Part shown: piece after piece, positions 59,801-64,000 of the stretch
Position numbering within the stretch: the stretch's first letter is position 1
How the letters are laid out: each line of letters begins with the position of its first letter
Assembly: GCF_030028105.1 (NCBI RefSeq)
Contig: NC_092375.1
Coordinates: 44,429,130-44,493,129, forward strand
DNA from: Mobula birostris
Lineage: Eukaryota
Direction: 5' to 3'
DNA: 64,000 nt
The notes under the pieces: model-generated
Told to the model about the DNA's origin: nothing
Database searches by the model: none
Seen by the model: the letters and a program-made list of their open reading frames with translations, nothing else
Program-made: the position numbers and the translations under genes

Positions 59801-60190
59801 TGACAGGCTGAACAATGATCAAACTTTTACTGGATCTGTTTGTGTCTCTGGCAATGAAGTCTCCTGTCACTGTTCTCTCTTGCTCAGTGGCCCGGCAAAG
59901 ATATTTTCCGCTATCTTCCAGCTGAACATGGTAGATTTTCAGCAGATATGTTGTATCGGTTTCTTTTGCAAACTTTATATATCCCAAACGTTCTTTGACT
60001 GTATAGTCAGCATGGATTGTTGGTACAGCATTGCGGCCAATGTTGGCAATTTGTGTACCATTATAAATCCACAATACTGAGAAATATCGGTCCTGTATAT
60101 TTTGAGCTTGAATGACACATCTTAATTCCATGCTGTCTCCAGCTGTGAAGACTTTCCTATTGTTCTCCAAGTGAACACTGAAGCTCTTAT
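59801..60190 (-). CDS. IGSF3: IGSF3 exon, Ig V-type domain 3 (most 5' exon found in the window)
   Basis: Acceptor ctctgttacag|AT at 60190, donor GTCA|gtaagt at 59801; 390 nt, phase 1-1. KSFSVHLENNRKVFTAGDSMELRCVIQAQNIQDRYFSVLW...YLLKIYHVQLEDSGKYLCRATEQERTVTGDFI matches recalled human Ig3 (AQNVPDRYFAVSW...LKIYHLRQEDSGKYNCRVTEREKTVTGEFI). Confidence 0.95.
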
Positions 60191-61009
60191 CTGTAACAGA
60201 GCATAGATAACGTTACTGCTTGGGAATACTGTGCTAAGAAATCACGACTAAACATGAACCCCAAAACTGTTGCTTAAATCTTCAGCTTCCCTTCTGAGTT
60301 TCACAAATTTTCCATCTTTCTCTTAAAAACTCAACTCTTGCTGACATGGTGCATTCCCCACACTGGGTACTCGCTCACCCCTAACAAGCTCAGTGAATGT
60401 CAGCAGGTAGTTTTCCTAAAGGCCTACTGGTTCAATATGTTAACCTTGTTTCTCTTGTCATAGATACAGCCTGATCTGGCGTGGTTCAACTTTATTGTGT
60501 TTCCATTTCAAATCATCAGCATCTGGAATATTTGCTCTGATTCCCTTCACAGCAGACACACTGATTCTGTCTACATCTGGAGACCGTCCAAACATAGTAA
60601 CCAGTGAAAGCACAGAGATAGCAAGAGCAAAATGAATGTTCTCTTCACTGGATTCATACTGTCATACAACTCATGCCTTTTGGCCCTCCTTGTCCACACT
60701 GACCATCGGGTACCCCACTATGCTAATCCCGTTTACCAGCACTTGGTACCAACACTCTACCTTGGCATTGAAAATGCTCACTCTAATGTATGAGATGAAG
60801 AGACCTTGAAGGTGATTCCATGGGTTGTGGGAACAGTTCAGTGCTAGGGTGAGTGAAGTTAGCCCCTCTGGTTCAACACCCTGGTTGTTGAGGGGTAATA
60901 ACTATTCTTGAAACTGGGGGTGTAGGTCCTAAAGCTCCCATACCTTCATTCTTGATGGCAGCAGCGAGAAGAGAACATGGCCTCTCTATCTGGTCTGTGG
61001 TATATGGCC

Positions 61010-61255
61010 TGTGACCACATAGATTTCTCCTTGGTGTTTCCAGTTCCCACCCTCACCCCAAAGACGTGCATGTTTGGTGGGTTAATTGGCCACTATCAAT
61101 TGCCCCTAGTACATAGGCGAGTAGTAGAATCTGGGTAGGGTTTATAAGAATGGAAGAACATTAAAAAAATTAGGAAAATGAAGGATTGATGCAAGTTGAT
61201 AGTATGTGCAACTTGATGGGCTGAAAGGCCTATTTCTATGCTAGATGACTCTCTA
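61010..61255 (+). mobile_element. V-SINE / HE1-like SINE with a CR1-type tail
   Basis: ccaaagacgtgcatgtttggtgggttaattggccactatcaattgcccctagt (V-domain) and the tail gatgggctgaaaggcctatttctatgct. Confidence 0.65.
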
Positions 61256-61384
61256 CTTCTAAAAGACTCATGATTTTGAAGAATTGTGAAGCTGACTGGA
61301 ATGGGCAAATTGCTGCAATCCCCCAGTTCTGTTGAAGTCAAGGTTAGACTCAAGGCAGCGACAACCATTGCAATATCTTTTTGA

Positions 61385-62940
61385 TGCTTTGCATCATATG
61401 TGACTCATGAGTGGAGAAGCTTGGTGGACGAAAGTCATGGAGGCAGCTCACCCGCTCTTCTTGAGCACTGTTATAGTTGTTGCTCTTTTGAAGCAGGTAG
61501 GAGCCTCCGACTGCAGCAGTAAGAGATTGAAGATGTCCTTGAACATCCCTGCCAACTGGTTGTCACGGGTTTTCAAAGCCCAACCAGGTACACCACCAGG
61601 GTTTGAAGCCTTGTGAGGGTTTACCCTCTTGAAAGATGTCCTGACATCGGCCTCCAAAACAGAAATCACAGTCTCTCTGGATGCTGAAGGGACTCGCACT
61701 GTGTGGTTTTATTCTCCCTTTTAAAGCATGCGGAAAGGCACTGAGCTCATCTGGGAGTGAAGGGTCGCACGCAGTCATGTTAGGTTTCGCTCTGTAGGAA
61801 GGATTGGGCTGTAAACCATACTAGAGCTGACATGCATCTGATTGTATTTCTAACCTCAATCGGAACTGTTGTGTCACTCTTAAAATAGCCTTCTGCAGGT
61901 GTACCTAACTTAGGGTATAGTTCTGGATCACTGGACTTGAATATCATAGATCTATCTCTCCGTAGACAATGAATCTCCTGATTCGTCCATGATTTTTGGC
62001 TTGGATATGTCTGGTATGTTCTTGAAGGCACACACTCATCCACACAGGTCCTGACAAAGCCAGTGACAACTATGGCACATTCATTTAGATTCAGAGTATT
62101 GTCCAGTCCATCGACTCAAAGCAGTCCTGTAAGCGCTTCTCCACCGCCCTTCACCATACTTTCCTGGTCCTCACCACTGGCATTCTGGTCTTCGGTCTCT
62201 TCCTATATGCTGGGAGCAGGACTACAGCCAAGTAACTGGCAGGGCACAGTAAGCATTCTTGATGGTGGTATGATCGTGGTCATGTGTGTTGGTTCCTCTG
62301 GTTCCACAGGTGATATGTTGGTGGTAGTTGTTCATAGACTTCTTCAAGCTGGCCTGGTTGAAACCCCACCATCATAGGCAGCAGTGTATGCAGTTTTATG
62401 CCTGCTGATAACGTTGCTCAGCTCCTCTAGTGCCTGCCTGACATGTGGCTGAAATGGAATGTACACCATTACCAGGATGGTGGGGGGAAACACCCTCGGC
62501 AGATAAAATGGACGACATTTGGCCGCTAGATGTTCCAGGCAGGTGAGCATGATGCCCCACGATGTGTTAATCATAAAGCATACTCCACCTCCTGTGCCTT
62601 TAAAATTCTGAGCTGTCCTGTCGTTGCAGAGAATGGTGAAGCCATTGGGCTACAGCACTGTGCCCGAAATTGCTGGCGTGAGACGCGTTTCCATAAAGCA
62701 TAGTACGCAACAATCTTTCTCTGAGGTCCTCAATTTTGTTTTCTAGAGACCGTACATTCACCAGCAGGGTAGAGAGCAGTGCAAGTCAAAGACCTTAGTG
62801 CTTCAATCATACATGTAGACAGGGGCAGTGTCCTCTCTGCTGTTTTCTTAAAGAGGATCTGCATTCATGACCAGAGTCTGCCATTTGAGGTTTGTCAATT
62901 TTGAGTGTCGATAGATATTTTTAAAAACGTTTTAAAACAA
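61385..62940 (-). mobile_element. Rex1/Babar LINE, endonuclease-to-early-RT portion, degraded (a 3' fragment lies at about 60820-60990)
   Basis: Minus strand: LLVNVRSLENKIEDLR (about 62770), CRPFYLPRVF...VYIP, VNPHKASNPGGVPG..LKT..QLAG.F.DIFN and TCFKRATTI.V.KK. Confidence 0.85.
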
Positions 62941-63059
62941 TGCTATTTAATGAAGTTCCCATGGCTGTGACTGTGGATGTCAGCTGTAGCAGTCCTAAGC
63001 GGGAATATTTGATGACTCGCACACAAAGAGTTGCCAATTAATAGTGAAATCTTACCAGA

Positions 63060-63290
63060 AATTATTTATTCATTGATTCTATTGTGTTTCTTTGCATTTA
63101 CTCTGCATGCCTGCAAAAAATGAATCTCAGGGTAGCATATGGTGATCTATATGTATGTTGATAATAAATTTACTTTGAACTTTGAACAGGGAGAACATGC
63201 AAGTTCCACACAGACAGCACCTGAGGTGAGGATTGAACCTGAAACTCTGGAGCTGTCTGGCACCACCTCAACTAGCTGTGCTACAGCACT
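63060..63290. mobile_element. Rex1-type tail (+, 63060-63186) abutting a V-SINE 5' part (-, 63187-63290)
   Basis: aatgaatctcagggtagcatatggtg...aataaatttactttgaactttgaac, then gggagaacatgcaagttccacacagacagc...ggattgaacc. Confidence 0.6.
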
Positions 63291-63476
63291 GCATATCCTC
63301 AGTATTCAACCTCAATGACATTTTCCCAGACTAACTTCATATCCTGTGAAACTATGAACATCCGGAAATCTGTCATTTACTGAGCTTCCATAGCTCTGTA
63401 GAGTTTTCAAAGATTTATCCCTGCTGCGTAAACGAATTTCTCATCTCAGTCTTAAGTGACCTTTCCCGTATACTCT

Positions 63477-63681
63477 CACTGTTCCCTCTAAGCTGCATGG
63501 GTACGCAGCTCTGCAGTAACTATAATGTTCCTGCGCACATAACTTTTGTTGCCACACATCTGGAACTTTCTTTTACATAATGTCTCATTAAAATGCTGCG
63601 CAGTTTTCAGGCCGTGTACAAATTTCCTGCTCAGAGAAGTGGCTGGTCTGCACAGCTATATAAACATATGAGGGAACATTG
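63477..63681. mobile_element. Short TIR element (hAT-like MITE) within a CR1 remnant
   Basis: Termini cactgttccctc and gagggaacattg; no TSD recognisable. Confidence 0.45.
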
Positions 63682-64000
63682 GTCTTGGCTCTGATTCCAG
63701 GTGTCTTCTCAGCCATACGAAGCATTTTCCCAACATCCAGTCTATAAAGATTGTACAAGTTTCAATGAGATTACTTAAGTCTTTTAAATTCTAGCAAATA
63801 CCAGCCTGGTGTACGCATATGGTACGTCTTATGGCAAACCTAGCAAGACAGGAACCACTTTAATAAATTTTGCTGCATTCCATCCCTGTCAAATATAAAC
63901 CTTGTTTTTAGGTAAAGAGACCAAAACTGTGCATAGAATCTGAATCAGGTTTATTATTGCTGGCATGTGTCGTGAAATTTGTTAACTTAGCAGCAGCAGT

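Noticed and set aside
18999-60190. Ig V-type exons as antigen-receptor (IgNAR/TCR/Ig) V segments
   Set aside because: Each exon ends in a splice donor with no evident recombination signal sequence, and they splice in frame to an IGSF3-type transmembrane exon.
12862-60190. Assignment to CD101, PTGFRN or IGSF8
   Set aside because: The terminal exon (CSNDALFYF...YPFPIFG...KNGVPLLWIKEP) and Ig3/Ig5 match recalled IGSF3 specifically.
60191-64000. IGSF3 Ig2 exon or promoter
   Set aside because: No Ig-like frame or CpG island was found; the region is mostly Rex1, SINE and CR1 remnants, so upstream exons should lie outside the window.

Overview
Vertebrate genomic DNA, most likely a cartilaginous fish (ray or shark); this is inferred from the repeat content (CR1, Neptune-type Penelope-like, V-SINE/HE1-like and Deu-domain SINEs) and the divergence of the resident gene. 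One host gene crosses the window on the minus strand: the 3' part of an IGSF3 orthologue (EWI family). It comprises six phase 1-1 Ig V-type exons (domains 3-8: 60190-59801, 54399-53998, 47481-47080, 29383-28976, 26457-26047, 19421-18999) and a terminal transmembrane/cytoplasmic exon (13112-12862) that the ORF track misses. Spliced by hand at GT-AG sites, these give one open frame of 2687 nt (about 895 aa). The signal-peptide, Ig1 and Ig2 exons were not found and should lie beyond base 64000. Introns and flanks are dense with mostly decayed transposable elements: CR1 and Rex1/Babar LINEs, a Ty3/Gypsy provirus split by a Rex1 insertion, a PIF/Harbinger MITE, a nested stack of hAT-type elements, SINEs, and inverted-repeat Penelope-like elements (PLEs) with clear target-site duplications. 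The most notable signal is three sequence-intact minimal type I hammerhead ribozymes in the PLE termini. One of them lies in the sense of the IGSF3 pre-mRNA, inside a roughly 600 bp inverted repeat. PLE hammerheads are a known class, so what may be new is their context, not the motif. I found no prokaryotic-type system or CRISPR array. Comparisons with human IGSF3 and repeat consensus sequences are from memory, not computed, and boundaries of old repeats are approximate.
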